A stretch of 64,000 nucleotides of DNA from Geosiphon pyriformis uo1 (taxonomy: Eukaryota; Fungi; Glomeromycota), in assembly GCA_016748015.1 (NCBI GenBank), contig JAAOMT010000595.1, forward strand, positions 128,282 through 192,281, read 5' to 3'. This document shows positions 62,864-64,000 of the stretch, in pieces. Every line of letters starts with the position of its first letter. Position 1 is the first letter of the stretch. The position numbers and the translations under genes were made by a program. The notes below the pieces were generated by a model. The model was given only the letters and a program-made list of their open reading frames with translations. It had not been told where the DNA came from and ran no database searches.

Positions 62864-64000
62864 ATTTTTTTTTCTTGTCAAATCTTTAATTATAACAAAA
62901 ACAAAAACTTATTAAAGAACTAGCTTTTCTTTTCTTTTTTTTTTGTTTCCTTTTAGTTATTTTTTTTAGTATATTTTTTTTGTTGTGATAAAACTAATAA
63001 ATATGCCTGTTAATAGTTCTGGTTCTGGTTTGACTAATTTGGAGATCTACTTAAATGCCAAAAAAATGTGTAGAAAGTGTATACTCTTATGATGTATTTT
63101 ATAAAAAGCTAAAGAAACTTGAAGTTAATAGTGATATAATTGACTTATCTGTTGGCTCTCTAAGCTTAAATAATATTAGTGGCTTTGGCATTAGACTTAT
63201 AGTGTTTTAGAGAAGCAATATTAGTAGTATTGCAAGTAATATTAGTGGTTTTTTAAATATAAAAAACATGATTGCAAAAAAAACAAGTTATACAAATTCA
63301 AATACTACTGTAGATAATAAGAATATAGATGAAACCATGCTGAAAAAAACTTATACTTAAACATATGTGTTGGACCATTTACTAAAAATGTTCTTATTTA
63401 ATAATATAAGTAATAATAATATTGTTTTAGTGTTTCTATTTCTTAAGTTTGTTGGCTTTAAGCAGTTGCTATTAGTCAAGTCATGTGTTTTGAAAAAATG
63501 AAACTTCAAATCAGTTAAATTATTTATATTGAATGTTAATCTGTCTGTTGTACTTAATAAGACTAATAATAACAAATTAATTGTTGTAAAAAAATTTTTC
63601 TATTGTATTAATAGTTTTAAAAAAGTCTTTATTTTCTCAAAATTTTCAGATATTATTAAATCTACTTTTATTTCTAAATTAAGTTTAAGCAGGGTAAAAA
63701 AAATGGCTATTAATGAAAAATTTTAGTAAATAATGATGTTAGAAAACCAAACAATTATATTAATTAAGAAATAATTGTCAAAAAAATTTTGGTTGATCTT
63801 TATAAATCAGCTGTAAAATCAGTTTTTTCCAAATTTGGTAAGATGATTTCAATTAATATACAATTGATTAGTCTTTGGCAAAAGGTCTTGGTAAAATATA
63901 AATTATTTGAAATTGCTGATTTAGTTGTTTCTAAGTGCTCTGTTTTTATAAAAAAAAATTCTGTGCATATAGTTAAGGCTGTTTATAACAAACAAATATA
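62864..64000 (+). mobile_element. 5' part of a third decayed LINE (ORF1), running off the window
   Basis: Start TTTTCTTGTCAA matches the LINE-1 5' end. NMIAKKTSY and SAVKSVFSKFGK match LINE-1 ORF1. Confidence 0.82.

Overview
Eukaryotic, very AT-rich fungal DNA. The element proteins resemble those I recall from Glomeromycotina, most like Geosiphon pyriformis; this is recall, not a database result. Only about 4 kb (5.1-9.3 kb) is host gene space, holding a 5-exon PDAP1/HASPP28 gene (+) converging on an intronless PPR-protein gene (-). The rest is a nested stack of decayed retroelements that can be unpacked base by base using target-site duplications (TSDs). A full-length RNase H-bearing LINE (9804-47611) is split by a Ty3/Gypsy composite (A/D, 16309-47210). 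That composite carries element B (24822-45117), whose 5' LTR carries element C (34312-44478). Element E (50810-60653) sits in a second LINE relic, and there are further relic LTRs and LINEs plus a long-LTR non-autonomous element (331-3986). Comparing the four divergent Gypsy copies reveals a shared, unusual architecture. ORF1 begins at a GUG with a largely Met-free ~245-330 aa extension, then continues capsid, Zn knuckle, protease, Cys-rich domain, dUTPase, dUTPase-like repeat, RT and RNase H. ORF2 is an integrase with its own start codon after a conserved stop. ORF3 is a conserved non-Env protein ending FxGAQx* at the polypurine tract (PPT), preceded in three copies by a TATA box. U5 holds an anti-PBS (primer-binding site) motif and conserved stems. 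All repeats show heavy C>T/G>A decay in all dinucleotide contexts. Coordinates were counted by hand; relic boundaries are approximate.
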